64,000 bases of DNA, from the NCBI GenBank assembly GCA_963804815.1, contig CAWDRU010000001.1, positions 337,976 to 401,975 of the forward strand, written 5' to 3'. The number at the start of each line of letters is the position of its first letter. Position 1 is the stretch's first letter. A program made the translations under genes and the position numbers. This stretch comes from Blastocatellia bacterium (lineage in GTDB: Bacteria > Acidobacteriota > Blastocatellia > UBA7656). The notes under the pieces were generated by a model. The model saw only the letters and a program-made list of their open reading frames with translations. It ran no database searches and was not told the origin of the DNA. Below are positions 48,888 to 60,300 of the stretch, in pieces.

Positions 48888-51296
48888 ATGGAAACATTGC
48901 TTAAAGACGTTCGTTTCGGTGTTCGAATGCTGGTCAAAAATCCCGGCTTCGCGGTTGTGGCGGTAATTGCGCTTGCCTTAGGCATCGGCGCGAATACCGC
49001 CATCTTCAGCGTGGTCAATGCCGTATTGCTTCGCCCGCTGCCATTTGAAGCCCCCGACAGGCTGATGGTGATACGCGAAACGAAGCTTCCGCAATTTCCT
49101 GAGTTCTCAGTCGCGCCGGGCAATTTCCTCGACTGGCAGAAACAGAGCACAGTATTCGAGCAGATGGCCGCGATACAGACTTCGCCTTTCAATCTGGTCG
49201 GCACGGGCGAGCCGGAGCGATTGCAGGGCCAGCGCGTCACCGACGGTTTTTTTGCGATGCTTGGCGCGCAGCCTCAGATAGGTCGAGTCTTTATGCCCGA
49301 AGAAGATCAGCCCGGCCATAGCAACGTGGTCATTCTCAGCCACGGTTTATGGCAGCGCCGATTTGGCGGTGATCCGAATATCCTGAGCCAGACCATAATG
49401 CTCAACGGGCAGAGCTTCAATGTGGTCGGTGTTATGCCGCCGACTTTTCGTTACGGAGGTCGCAATACAGAGCTTTGGACGCCAATCGCTTTCACGGCTC
49501 AGGACTCCCAGCAGCATGGCGGCCATTATATTCAGGCAATCGGGCGGCTCAAACCGGGCGTCACGCTTGAGCAGACGCAGGAGGAACTGAGCGCCATCGC
49601 CGTCAGGCTTGCCGAACAGTATCCGAACAGCAACGCAGGCTGGAACGTGAAGGTTATGCCGCTGCTTGAATCCGCAGTCCGAAGCATAAAACCAACATTG
49701 CTCGTATTGCTCGGCGCAGTCGCCTTCGTGTTACTGATCGCGTGCGCAAACGTCGCAAACCTCCTGCTTGCCCGCGCCGCCTCGCGGCAGAAAGAGGTCG
49801 CCATCCGCACGGCGCTCGGCGCTACACGCCTGCGCATAATCCGCCAGATGCTGACCGAAAGCGTGCTGCTCTCCATAGCAGGCGGAGCCGTCGGATTATT
49901 GCTCGCGCTGTGGGGAATAAACCTGCTGCTGTCGCTTGCGCCGGAAGACCTGCCGCGCGTGCGGGACGTTTCACTCGACGGCAAGGTGCTCGCTTTCACG
50001 ATAGGAATAACCCTGCTGACAGGCTTGATCTTTGGACTCGTGCCCGCGTTGCAGGCATCAAAGCCGAATCTGAACGAGACTCTGAAAGACGCAGGGCGCG
50101 GCTCGACCGAAGGCGGGCGACACCACATCATTCGCAGCGGGCTGGTCGTCTTTGAAATCGCGACGGCGCTCGTGCTGCTGGTCGGCGCGGGTTTGATGAT
50201 AAAGAGTTTTCTTCAACTGCAACAGGTTGATCCGGGGTTTAATTCCAGCAATGCTCTGGTTGTAAATGTGTCGCTGCCGAAGAAAAAGTACCCGGAAGCG
50301 GATCAGCAAGAGGCTTTCTACTCGCAATTGCTCCGTAAAGTTTCGACTCTGCCCGGTGTTCAAACGGCGGGCGCATCCTGTGTATTGCCACTCACTGACG
50401 ATTTTGTTCTGGGTTTCGAGATACAGGGCAGGCCGCCTTATGCGCCGGGTGATGAGCCAAGCACCAACTACTATTCGGTCACTCCTGATTATTTCAAAGC
50501 GATGGGCATACCTCTGTTGAAAGGCCGCCTGTTTACCGAGCAGGATTCAAAAAACGCGCCGCGTGTTGTCATAATAAACGAAAGCATGGCAAAGCAGATA
50601 TTCCCTGACGAAGACCCTCTGGGCAAACGCATTCACGTCACGAACGGGCCTGTCACATATCGAGAGATCGTCGGCATAGTCGGCGACGTAAAGCAGTACG
50701 GCCTCGATCAAAAAACACCCGTGCAGACTTACGAGCCGTTTCTACAGGAGCCTTTCTCTTTCATGTCTCTGGTAGTGCGGACGGCTGGCGAGCCGACCAG
50801 TTTGAGCGCGGCAATTCGCAGCGAAGTCCTGAGCATTGACAGCGAACAACCCGTATCAAGCATCAAGACGCTCGATCAGATTCTTTCGACCTCCGTAGCT
50901 CAACAGCGATTTGCAATGCTGCTGTTCGGAGTATTCGGAGCCGTGGCAATGGTGCTGGCGGCGGTCGGCATCTACGGCGTGATGAGTTATTCGGTCACGG
51001 AGCGCACGCACGAAATCGGCATCCGCATGGCGCTGGGTGCCGGGCAGCGCGAGGTGCTCAGGCTGATAGTCGGGCACGGAATGATATTGACTCTGATTGG
51101 CATAGGGGTTGGGCTGGGTGCCGCATTCGCGCTCACTCGCCTGATGTCGTCTTTTCTGTTCGGCGTGAGCGTCACCGATATTATGACTTTCGCCGTCATT
51201 TCAGCGTCGCTCACGGTAGTGGCTCTCACGGCCTGCGTTGTGCCCGCTCGCCGCGCCATGAAAGTAGACCCGATGATCGCGCTCAGATACGAATGA
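48888..51296 (+). CDS. ADOP permease, array copy 9
   Basis: Same signatures; 802 aa. Confidence 0.95.
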   Translation: METLLKDVRFGVRMLVKNPGFAVVAVIALALGIGANTAIFSVVNAVLLRPLPFEAPDRLMVIRETKLPQFPEFSVAPGNFLDWQKQSTVFEQMAAIQTSPFNLVGTGEPERLQGQRVTDGFFAMLGAQPQIGRVFMPEEDQPGHSNVVILSHGLWQRRFGGDPNILSQTIMLNGQSFNVVGVMPPTFRYGGRNTELWTPIAFTAQDSQQHGGHYIQAIGRLKPGVTLEQTQEELSAIAVRLAEQYPNSNAGWNVKVMPLLESAVRSIKPTLLVLLGAVAFVLLIACANVANLLLARAASRQKEVAIRTALGATRLRIIRQMLTESVLLSIAGGAVGLLLALWGINLLLSLAPEDLPRVRDVSLDGKVLAFTIGITLLTGLIFGLVPALQASKPNLNETLKDAGRGSTEGGRHHIIRSGLVVFEIATALVLLVGAGLMIKSFLQLQQVDPGFNSSNALVVNVSLPKKKYPEADQQEAFYSQLLRKVSTLPGVQTAGASCVLPLTDDFVLGFEIQGRPPYAPGDEPSTNYYSVTPDYFKAMGIPLLKGRLFTEQDSKNAPRVVIINESMAKQIFPDEDPLGKRIHVTNGPVTYREIVGIVGDVKQYGLDQKTPVQTYEPFLQEPFSFMSLVVRTAGEPTSLSAAIRSEVLSIDSEQPVSSIKTLDQILSTSVAQQRFAMLLFGVFGAVAMVLAAVGIYGVMSYSVTERTHEIGIRMALGAGQREVLRLIVGHGMILTLIGIGVGLGAAFALTRLMSSFLFGVSVTDIMTFAVISASLTVVALTACVVPARRAMKVDPMIALRYE

Positions 51297-51376
51297 TCAA
51301 CGCCGAACGCGGAATTATGAACCGAAGAAGTTTGCTTTATTCATCATTCCGCGTTCCGCATTCATAGTTTCTTTCG
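51297..51376. repeat. Intergenic heptamer-repeat hairpin, copy B
   Basis: gaacgcggaattatgaa-ccgaagaag...-ttcatcattccgcgttc; shares atgaaccgaagaa and ctttattcatcattc with copy A. Confidence 0.7.
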
Positions 51377-51384
51377 GAGGTTTT

Positions 51385-53835
51385 ATGGAGACTCTGTTTC
51401 AAGACCTGCGTCACGGTATGCGTATGCTGGTGAAAAATCCCGGCTTTACCACGGTCGCCTTGATCGCGCTTGCTTTGGGCATCGGCGCAAACACCGCAAT
51501 CTTCAGCGTGGTCAATGCCGTATTGCTCAGGCCGCTGCCTTATAAATCACCTGAGCGAATTATGATGCTTCAGGAGAAGTCGCAGCAGTTGAACGTGATG
51601 GCCGTCTCGTACCCGAATTTCCTCGACTGGCAAAAACAGAATCAATCGTTTGAGCAGATCGCGGTAGTGCGGCGCAGCAGCTTCAACATTACGGGCGGCA
51701 ATGAAGCCGAGCGCGTCGCCGGAAGGATAATGTCTACGAATTTCTTTTCAGTGCTCGGCGTCGCGCCTGCGATGGGGCGCGATTTTCTGCCCGAAGAGAA
51801 CGAGCCGGGCGCAATTCCTGTTGTCATTATGAGCCACGCGCTGTGGCAGCGCCGGTATGGGGCGGACCCGGATCTGATCGGGAAAACGATCAATGTTAAT
51901 GACAAAGATTTCACCATCATCGGCATTCTGCCGCCTGACTTTCAGTTCTTTTCTACATCAGACCTGTTCGTCCCGATCAACCAGTTCAAAGAGAACTGGA
52001 TGCAGCGTCGCGGGTCTCGTCCGGGCTTGTTCGTCATTGGCCGTTTGAAATCAGACATCACTCTGGAGCAGGCTCGCGACGATATGCAAAACGTCGCCGC
52101 AGGGCTTGCCCAACAGTACCCGCAGTCGAACGCAGGCACGGGTGTGGTCGCCAATCCGTTGTTCGAGAACGTGATCGGCAATATTCGACCGACGCTGCTG
52201 GTCCTGCTCGGAGCCGTGGGATTCGTGCTGTTGATCGCCTGCGCAAACGTCGCAAACCTGCTGCTCGCGCGTTCGCGTGCGAGACAAAAAGAGATTGCAA
52301 TTCGCACGGCGCTCGGCGCTACACGCTTGCGCATAATCCGCCAGATGCTGACCGAAAGCCTCCTGCTTTCCGTAGCAGGCGGCGGCCTCGGATTACTGCT
52401 GGCTTTGTGGGGGACCGATGCGCTCGTCGCATTCATCCCCGACGGGCTGCCTCGCCAGGAGGGCGTTCATATAGACGGTCTGGTGCTCGGCTTTACGCTC
52501 GCGGTTTCGCTGCTCACAGGAATAGCCTTCGGGCTTGTTCCGGCTCTACAGTCATCAAGGCCCAGGCTTCACGAAACGCTCAAGGACGCCGGAAGAGGCT
52601 CGACGAGCGGTCGCAGCTTTGCCCGCAATGCGCTGGTCGTTTCTGAAGTCGCTCTGGCGCTTGTTCTGTTGATCGGCGCGGGTTTGATGATGCGAAGCGT
52701 GCTCAGGCTCACAGATATTCCGCCGGGCTTCGATTCAAAAGACGTAGCGGCGCTGTCGGTTTCACTCTCGCCTACAAAATATTCGGAGGCGGCGCGGGTT
52801 CGCCAGTTTTATCAGCAGACGCTGGAGCGCGTTCAGTCTTTACAGGGCGTGCAGTCCGCCGCGTGGACGATAGGGATTCCGCTTGCGGGAAGCAACGAAA
52901 CCAGCTTCGCCATTCCGGGCCGCCCGCGCGCGAGTGAATCGGAATCCGACCCGCTCGCGGTCGAATACGCCGCAAGCCCGGACTTCATCCGCACGCTCGG
53001 CATCCCGCTTCTTCAGGGCCGTTTCTTCACCGAGCAGGACAACGAAAACTCTTCCAAAGTTGTGATCATTGATGAAGCGCTGGCTCGCAGTTTCTTTCCG
53101 GATGAAAGCCCGATTGGCAAGCGACTGTTTAACGGCGATGACGATAATTCACCTCCGTATGCGGGGCGCGAGATCGTCGGCGTAGTGGGTCACGTGAAGC
53201 ATTACGGTCTCGACCCGGATTCTGATTCCAGAGTCAGGTTTCAATTCTATGTGCCGTACACACAGCTTCCCGATCAGTTCATGGTGCTAATAACGCGCAG
53301 CATGAGCATGGTAATCAAATCAAACACTGATACAAAACAGCTTGCCTCGTCCGTGCGCGGCCAGATTCAGGCCGTGGACAAAGATCAGCCTATTTACGAT
53401 GTCACGACGATGGAGCAGATAGTAGCCAGCGCGACCTTGCAGCAACGCTTTGCAATGTTGATGCTCGGAGTATTCGCGGCAGTGGCGCTCGTGCTGGCAT
53501 CGGTCGGCATCTACGGCGTGATGAGTTATTCGGTCACAGAGCGCACGCACGAAATCGGCATCCGCATGGCGCTGGGCGCGCAAACTTCTGACGTGTTGCG
53601 CCTTGTGGCAAAGCAGGGATTGCTGCTTACCGCAACAGGCATAGCGACGGGAATGGCTGCCAGCTTCGCGTTGACTCGTTTGATGTCGAGCCTGCTGTAT
53701 TCCGTCACGGCAACCGACCCCGTAACTTTTGTGGTGATTCCGCTGATACTGGCAGGAGTGGCTCTGGGAGCCTGTTTCGTGCCAGCGCGTCGCGCCGCGA
53801 AAGTCGATCCGATGGTCGCGCTTCGCTATGAATGA
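51385..53835 (+). CDS. ADOP permease, array copy 10
   Basis: Same signatures; 816 aa. Confidence 0.95.
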   Translation: METLFQDLRHGMRMLVKNPGFTTVALIALALGIGANTAIFSVVNAVLLRPLPYKSPERIMMLQEKSQQLNVMAVSYPNFLDWQKQNQSFEQIAVVRRSSFNITGGNEAERVAGRIMSTNFFSVLGVAPAMGRDFLPEENEPGAIPVVIMSHALWQRRYGADPDLIGKTINVNDKDFTIIGILPPDFQFFSTSDLFVPINQFKENWMQRRGSRPGLFVIGRLKSDITLEQARDDMQNVAAGLAQQYPQSNAGTGVVANPLFENVIGNIRPTLLVLLGAVGFVLLIACANVANLLLARSRARQKEIAIRTALGATRLRIIRQMLTESLLLSVAGGGLGLLLALWGTDALVAFIPDGLPRQEGVHIDGLVLGFTLAVSLLTGIAFGLVPALQSSRPRLHETLKDAGRGSTSGRSFARNALVVSEVALALVLLIGAGLMMRSVLRLTDIPPGFDSKDVAALSVSLSPTKYSEAARVRQFYQQTLERVQSLQGVQSAAWTIGIPLAGSNETSFAIPGRPRASESESDPLAVEYAASPDFIRTLGIPLLQGRFFTEQDNENSSKVVIIDEALARSFFPDESPIGKRLFNGDDDNSPPYAGREIVGVVGHVKHYGLDPDSDSRVRFQFYVPYTQLPDQFMVLITRSMSMVIKSNTDTKQLASSVRGQIQAVDKDQPIYDVTTMEQIVASATLQQRFAMLMLGVFAAVALVLASVGIYGVMSYSVTERTHEIGIRMALGAQTSDVLRLVAKQGLLLTATGIATGMAASFALTRLMSSLLYSVTATDPVTFVVIPLILAGVALGACFVPARRAAKVDPMVALRYE

Positions 53836-53855
53836 TTCAATTTCCGGAGGGACGG

Positions 53856-56237
53856 ATGGAGACTCTGTTTCAAGACCTGCGTTACGGCGTAAGAATGCTG
53901 ACAAAGAAGCCGGGCTTTACTGTCGTGGTCGTGATGACGCTGGCGCTTGGCATCGGCGCGTCTACCGCGATCTTCAGCGTGGTCAATACGGTTCTGCTTC
54001 GACCCTTGCCGTACAAAGACGCTGAACAGATAGCCGTGGTATGGGAGACTTTGCCGAGCATAGGGCTTGAAGAAAACACGCCCGCGCCTGCCAACTATAT
54101 CAATTGGCGCGAACAGAACGAGGTCTTTGAAAACATCGCCGCCTTCACAGTGGGCTTTACGAATCTGACGGGCACGGGTGAGCCTGAACGGGTTGACAGT
54201 CTGCGCGTTTCAGCCTCCATCTTTCCGCTGCTTGGCGTCGAGCCGATGCTGGGTCGAACCTTTTTGCCCGAAGAAGATCAGCCGGGAGCCAGTCGCGTGG
54301 TCGTAATCAGCCATAGCCTGTGGCAGCGCAGGTTTGGCCGGGACCCCGACATACTTGAGAAAACTATTACCGTCAACGACAGGAGCTATACGGTGATCGG
54401 CGTTATGGGGCCGTCTTTCAGCTTTCCGCTCCTGAAAGCGGAGTTGTGGGTTCCTATCGCTTTCACCGCTGATGCCAGAACAGAGATGTCACGAAACCTC
54501 TGGGTTCTGGGGCGAATGAAACCGGGCGTCACTCGCGATCAGGCGCAGGCAGAGATGGATACAATCGTGGCGCGCGGGCAGGACCCGCAGGCCACTTTCC
54601 GTTTCGGGGTAAACGTGGTTCCGCTCGGCCAACAACTGGTCGGGCACATTCGCCCTGCGCTTATCGTCCTGCTTGCCGCTACAGGTTTTGTGTTGCTGAT
54701 AGCCTGCGTGAACGTCGCCAATCTTCTGCTCGCGCGCGCAAACGGGCGGCAGAAAGAGATCGCCGTGCGCTGTGCGCTGGGCGCAGGACGATGGCGTTTG
54801 ATGCGTCAACTGCTGACTGAAAGCCTGATGCTGGCGGGTTTGGGCGGGGCGGCGGCTTTGCTGCTGGCAATGTGGGGCGTCGATATTCTGTCATCGGTTA
54901 TGCCCGATAACCTTTCGCAGGCCAAATCGGTCTTTATCGATGCAAGAGTATTTGCTTTCACTCTCGCGGTATCGCTTGTGACAGGCATCGTCTTTGGAAT
55001 CGTTCCTGCCTTGCAGGCAACAAAGCCGAACATGAACGAAGCCTTAAAAGAAGGAGGCCGGGATTCATCGGGCAGTCGCAGGTGGGTGCGCAATCTGCTC
55101 GTGGTGACGGAAGTCGCGCTTGCGCTCGTCCTGCTGATCGGCGCGGGGCTGATGATAAAGAGCTTTCAGCGTTTGAATAACGTTGACATGGGATTTCAAC
55201 CCGCAAACCTGCTTGCCATGCAGGTGCAGCTTTCATCGAGCAGGTACGGCGAGCAAAACAAGCGCACAGCCTTTTTCGATCAACTCTTAGAGCAGATCGA
55301 GGCTCTGCCGGGCGTCGAGTCGGCAGCCGTAATCAACGGTCTGCCCGTGAGCTTTCAAGGCGGCGGCTCGACTTTCAAAATCGAGGGCCGCGCCGAAGCT
55401 CAGTCCACAACGCCGATGTGCACATATCGGATAATCAGCCCTGACTACTTTCGCACGCTCGGCATTCCTCTTTTATCGGGACGTGATTTCAGCCGGTCTG
55501 ACAGCGAGCCGTGTGCGATCATCAGCGAATCGCTTGCCCGACGGGTATGGCCCGACGGAGACGCGCTGGGTCAGCGCATAAAATGGGCAGGGGATGATTC
55601 GCCCCGTTTGATCGTCGGAATAGTGAAGGATGTGAAGTTATCGTTGACCGCCGAAGTCAAACCGCATGTCTACATGCCTTATTCCCAGATAGAGATTGCG
55701 CCATACGAAATGGTGATAAGAACGAAGACAGACGGCGCGGGTCTTTCTGCCGCGATTCGCTCAGAGGTGTGGGCTATTGATAAAGATCAGCCGGTCTCTA
55801 ACATTCGCACGATGGAGCAGATTCTTTCCGGCTCAATCGCCCGACAGCGGTTCAATCTTTTGCTGCTCGGCATATTCGCCGCGCTTGCGATGGCGCTTGC
55901 ATCGGTCGGCATCTACGGCGTGATGTCATACACGGTCACTCAAAACACGCGCGAGATCGGCATTCGCATGGCGCTGGGCGCGCGCGCAGGCGATGTGTTA
56001 AAGCTCGTGGTCGGTCAGGGGCTTGCGCTTACTTTTATCGGGGTTGGCATTGGCATCGGAGCGGCATTCGCGCTCACGCGCCTGATGGCGAGCCTGCTTT
56101 TCGAGGTCAGGGCGACGGACCCGGCGACATTCGTTTTGTATTCCGCGATTTTGACAGGAGTGGCTCTGGGAGCCTGTTTTATCCCTGCGCGGCGGGCCAC
56201 GAAAGTTGATCCGATGGTCGCGCTTCGTTATGAATAA
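53856..56237 (+). CDS. ADOP permease, array copy 11
   Basis: Same signatures; start moved to METLFQD after GGAGG. Confidence 0.95.
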   Translation: METLFQDLRYGVRMLTKKPGFTVVVVMTLALGIGASTAIFSVVNTVLLRPLPYKDAEQIAVVWETLPSIGLEENTPAPANYINWREQNEVFENIAAFTVGFTNLTGTGEPERVDSLRVSASIFPLLGVEPMLGRTFLPEEDQPGASRVVVISHSLWQRRFGRDPDILEKTITVNDRSYTVIGVMGPSFSFPLLKAELWVPIAFTADARTEMSRNLWVLGRMKPGVTRDQAQAEMDTIVARGQDPQATFRFGVNVVPLGQQLVGHIRPALIVLLAATGFVLLIACVNVANLLLARANGRQKEIAVRCALGAGRWRLMRQLLTESLMLAGLGGAAALLLAMWGVDILSSVMPDNLSQAKSVFIDARVFAFTLAVSLVTGIVFGIVPALQATKPNMNEALKEGGRDSSGSRRWVRNLLVVTEVALALVLLIGAGLMIKSFQRLNNVDMGFQPANLLAMQVQLSSSRYGEQNKRTAFFDQLLEQIEALPGVESAAVINGLPVSFQGGGSTFKIEGRAEAQSTTPMCTYRIISPDYFRTLGIPLLSGRDFSRSDSEPCAIISESLARRVWPDGDALGQRIKWAGDDSPRLIVGIVKDVKLSLTAEVKPHVYMPYSQIEIAPYEMVIRTKTDGAGLSAAIRSEVWAIDKDQPVSNIRTMEQILSGSIARQRFNLLLLGIFAALAMALASVGIYGVMSYTVTQNTREIGIRMALGARAGDVLKLVVGQGLALTFIGVGIGIGAAFALTRLMASLLFEVRATDPATFVLYSAILTGVALGACFIPARRATKVDPMVALRYE

Positions 56238-56438
56238 TGCAAAAATAAAGATCCTTGAGGGGCCATATGTATCGTTTTTAACGATCTGTTGACTCGTCCT
56301 TTCACGGCCAAATCTTATCAAGCCGGAACAACCTGCCTCGCGGCGACGTTAAGCTATCTACATAAGAAATTCATGGATCGGGGCAAGCTGGAATATTATT
56401 TGTCCCGTACAGGTGGCAGGTTTGAGGCGGAAAACTCT

Positions 56439-57260
56439 ATGCCCTTAAAGATCAATTCAACGGGCTTTTATGGCGATGAATCAGGCGGCTTGCAGTTGGC
56501 CGGATTGACGTTGTCAGAATCCATTTATCCCGCCAATCTCAAGATGGGAGTTCACCGGCACGAGCCTGCATATTTCGGCGTCGTGCTTAGCGGCGGCTAT
56601 CAGGAAACAGTCGAAAGAAAGACGCGTCAGTGCAAACAGCTTACTACGGCCTTTCATCCTCAGGGGGAATCTCATTCGGTCGCTTTTCAAAACCGCGTCT
56701 CTCACATCTTTCGCATCGAGTTGAACCGGACATTTAACAATCGTGTTCAGAACTATGCGAAGATTTCTGAAGAGCCTGCTGCATTTCACGGAGGGCTGCT
56801 GGCTTCGCTTGCCCTGCGGCTTTATAACGAATATCGCAATCGCGACAGATGGTCGGGGCTGGCCATCGAAGGGCTTGCGCTTGAAATACTGGCTGAGGTA
56901 TCGCGCTCCGCAGAAAGGTGTCAGAACCTCAGGATGCCGCGCTGGCTCGAACAGGTGAAAGAGATTCTCGCTTCGAGATTGACTGAAACCCCATCGCTAA
57001 GAGAGATGGCCGAAGAGGTCGGCGTTCACCCGGTTCACCTGGCGCGCTCGTGGCGCAAACATTTCAACTGCACTATGGGAGAGTTCATAAGACAGCTTCG
57101 CGTTGAAACGGCTTGCGAAGAGATTGCCTGCTCTGACGCGCCGCTTTCGGAAATCGCGCTCGCGGTAGGCTTCTACGATCAGAGCCATTTTTCAAACACC
57201 TTCAAACGGTTCGTAGGATTTACGCCCGCGGCTTATCGCGCCATCCATCGCTCAAGTTAA
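56439..57260 (+). CDS. AraC family transcriptional regulator
   Basis: Cupin HxH (VHRH), VGVHPVHLAR and IALAVGFYDQSHF..FKR..GFTP motifs; start placed at MPLKIN. Confidence 0.93.
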   Translation: MPLKINSTGFYGDESGGLQLAGLTLSESIYPANLKMGVHRHEPAYFGVVLSGGYQETVERKTRQCKQLTTAFHPQGESHSVAFQNRVSHIFRIELNRTFNNRVQNYAKISEEPAAFHGGLLASLALRLYNEYRNRDRWSGLAIEGLALEILAEVSRSAERCQNLRMPRWLEQVKEILASRLTETPSLREMAEEVGVHPVHLARSWRKHFNCTMGEFIRQLRVETACEEIACSDAPLSEIALAVGFYDQSHFSNTFKRFVGFTPAAYRAIHRSS

Positions 57261-57316
57261 CAGCTTCCAATCCGGTTTCTTCGCTCCAAGACGCGCGCCC
57301 GCAACTGGTATATAGT
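57256..57316 (+). promoter_or_regulatory. Putative AraC-activated promoter of the protease gene
   Basis: Direct repeat GTT-N8-CCAA at 57256 and 57275; the second copy overlaps a weak -35 (CAAGAC); TATAGT at 57311-57316. Confidence 0.4.
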
Positions 57317-57343
57317 TCGGCGGGCATACTGTCAGCAGTAGGC

Positions 57344-60300
57344 ATGAATTTTTTACGGAGACTATCATCCATGTCAAAGATCTTAACGGCAATCCTGTTC
57401 CTGCTTGCAGGGTTCATCAATGTTTCAGCCGGGCAGCCTGCGCCCGCGCTCTACGGGCGATTGACCGTCAATCAAACGCACATAGTTTTCAGTTACGCCG
57501 GAGACCTCTGGTCAGTCGAGCGCGGCGGCGGCGAAGCGCGGCGCATCACTACGCATCCGGGCGAAGAGAGCTATCCGGCATTCTCGCCCGACGGCACCGA
57601 GCTTGCCTTTTCAAGACAGATCGGCGGCAACTGGGATATCTATGTCATGCCTGCTGCGGGCGGCGAAGCGCGACAGGTCACTTATGAACCGCGCAATGAT
57701 TATGCATACGGGTGGACGCCTGACGGCAAAGCAATTCTGTTTATGTCTAATATTACGGGCAGCCCGCGACTCTACACCATCGCGCGCGACGGCGTGTTGC
57801 AGAACGAATTGCCGCTCGCGCCCGAAGCCTTAAACGGCTCGCTTTCTCCTGATGGCAGGCGCATTGCCTATTCGCCGACATCTGCAATCGGGGATTGGCG
57901 TTTTTATCGCGGCGGCTCGAAAGGGCAGATATGGCTCGCCAATCCCGTCACCAGCGAGATTGAAAAACTGCCGCAGGGAAACTACAACGACGATCTCCCG
58001 GCGTGGGTTGGCAATAAAATTTATTTCCTCTCGGACCGCTCTGCAATTTATAACCTTTACTCTTACGATCTTTCATCGAAACAGACGAAACAGCTCACCA
58101 CCTTCGAGCAGCACGGCATTCGTTCGATTGGCGCGGGCGCAGGCGCAGTGGTCTTCGTGCGCGATGGCCGCATTCATCTTCACGATACGGCGACGGGTCA
58201 AACCCGCGTTGTTGACGTGCGGTTAAGTCCCGACACCACCGAACTGAAGCCGCGCGCAGTCAATTTGTCGAGGGGGATTGAATCCGTTCTGCTCAGCGCC
58301 AGCGGTGACAAAGTCATATTCGGTGTGCGCGGCGAAGCTATGGTCTTCGACACGGCAACCGGAGACGCGCGCAACATCACGGCAAGTTCAGCCATAGCCG
58401 AGCGCTTTCCAACGCTTTCGCCTGATGGAAAATCGATTGCCTGTTTTTCGGATGAATCGGGCGAATATCAATTAAACATCCGGCCCGCGAACGGAGACGG
58501 CGCGGTAAAGAAGATTGCGATTGAGCCGAAGCCGTCGTTTTATCGCGAGCTGGTCTGGTCGCCCGACTCAAAGAAAGTCGCCTTCACGGATCGAAGGCTC
58601 GCACTGTGGTTTGTGGATGTCGAAAGCTCTGCGGTTTCGCGCATCGACAGTTCCACTTACTCTTATCAGCAGGAATGGTACCCGCAATGGTCACCCGACA
58701 GCCGATGGCTCGCCTACTCGAAACATCTGGGCAATCGCGTTCGCACAGTTTTCATATATGACGTAGCGGGAAAGCGCGCGCGCCAGATCACAGACGGGCG
58801 CACGCATACGGAACTGCCCTGCTTCGATGCGAACGGCAAATACCTGTATTTCGCATCAAGCCCGAACGCGGGCACAAGCGAATTCGGCTGGGGCGTATTG
58901 AACGGCATTCTGGCTCGCCCGCTCGTCACGCGCCGGTTGCACGCGATCATTTTGCAGAACGACGCGCCGTCTCCGATTCTTCCAACGGGTGCGATCAACC
59001 CGGAAGCGAAAGCGGGCGAATCGGCCTCGATGGTGCGGATCGATTTTGAAAACATCAATCGGCGCGTCGTTGACCTGCCCACGCAATCGCGGGACTACGC
59101 GCAGCTTACGGCGGGCAAACCCGGCGTGCTTTTTGCGCTCATCAGCGAATGGCCTGCTGCGCCGGGACTTGGCAGCAACCCTACGCCCGTGCTTTACAAA
59201 ATCGACCTGACGCAGGCGGCGCGCGCGGAAAAGTTCGTTGAAGGCATAGGCGGGTTCGAGGTTTCGCATGACGGCAGTCGGCTGATATACGCGAAGGCGG
59301 GCGGCTGGTTTCTGGTTACAACAGACGCTGCGCCGAAAGCCGACGATGGAAGACTCGATTTAAAAAAGATGGAAGCGACAATCGACCCGCGCGCCGAGTG
59401 GAAGCAGATATACCACGAAGCATGGCGCATAATGCGCGACTGGTTCTATGAACCCAATCATCACGGCCAGAACCTTGCCGAACTCGAAGCGCACTTCGCA
59501 GAGTATCTGCCAACTGTTACGAGGCGCGCGGATTTGAATCAGCTTATGAATCGCATGCTCGGCCATATCTCCGTGAGCCACCTCGTAGTCGGGGGCGGCG
59601 ATCTGCCGCAGCCCGCAGGCCCCCCTGTCCGCATAGGGCTGCTTGGCGCGGATTATGAGATCGCAAACGGTCGTTACCGGTTCAAACGCATCTACAGAGC
59701 GAGCAGTTACAATTCGCCGCTCGGTACGGCGCAGGCTCCGCTCGACGCGCCCGGCATAAACGTGAGCGAAGGCGAATACCTGATTGCGGTTGACGGGAAG
59801 GAGCTTGACTCGTCGAAAAGCATCTATGCTCAATTCGACGGCAAGGTAAATCAGGCGGTTAAGATAAGGGTCGGCCTGAACCCTGACGGCAAGGGCGCGC
59901 GTGAGCTTGCGGTCTTTCCGATACCTAACGAATCGGGATTGCGTACGGCGAACTGGGCCGAAGGTAATCGTCGCAGGGTCGAAGAAGCATCGGGCGGAAA
60001 GCTCGGATATATTTTCGTCGAAAGCTACGGCCCTGGGATCTTTGATTTCATTCGCGGGCTTACAGGCTACAGCGACCGCCCCGGCATAATCATCGATCAG
60101 CGCTACAACGGCGGCGGCATCACGCCCGATTACCTGATCGAGTGGTTGCAGCGAAAGCCGCTCTACTATTACGCATTCCGCGAAGGCGACGACATCGCCA
60201 CGCCCGTCAATCCCGGCCCGCGCGCGAAGGTGCTGATCACCAACGAGCAGAATTTCTCTGCGGCAGAGACGTTCGCCTTTATGTACAAGCTGGCGAAAGT

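Noticed and set aside
46346-51384. Possible CRISPR or integron attC array formed by the intergenic repeats
   Set aside because: There are no regular repeat-spacer units, no cas or intI gene, and no consistent RYYYAAC/GTTRRRY ends.
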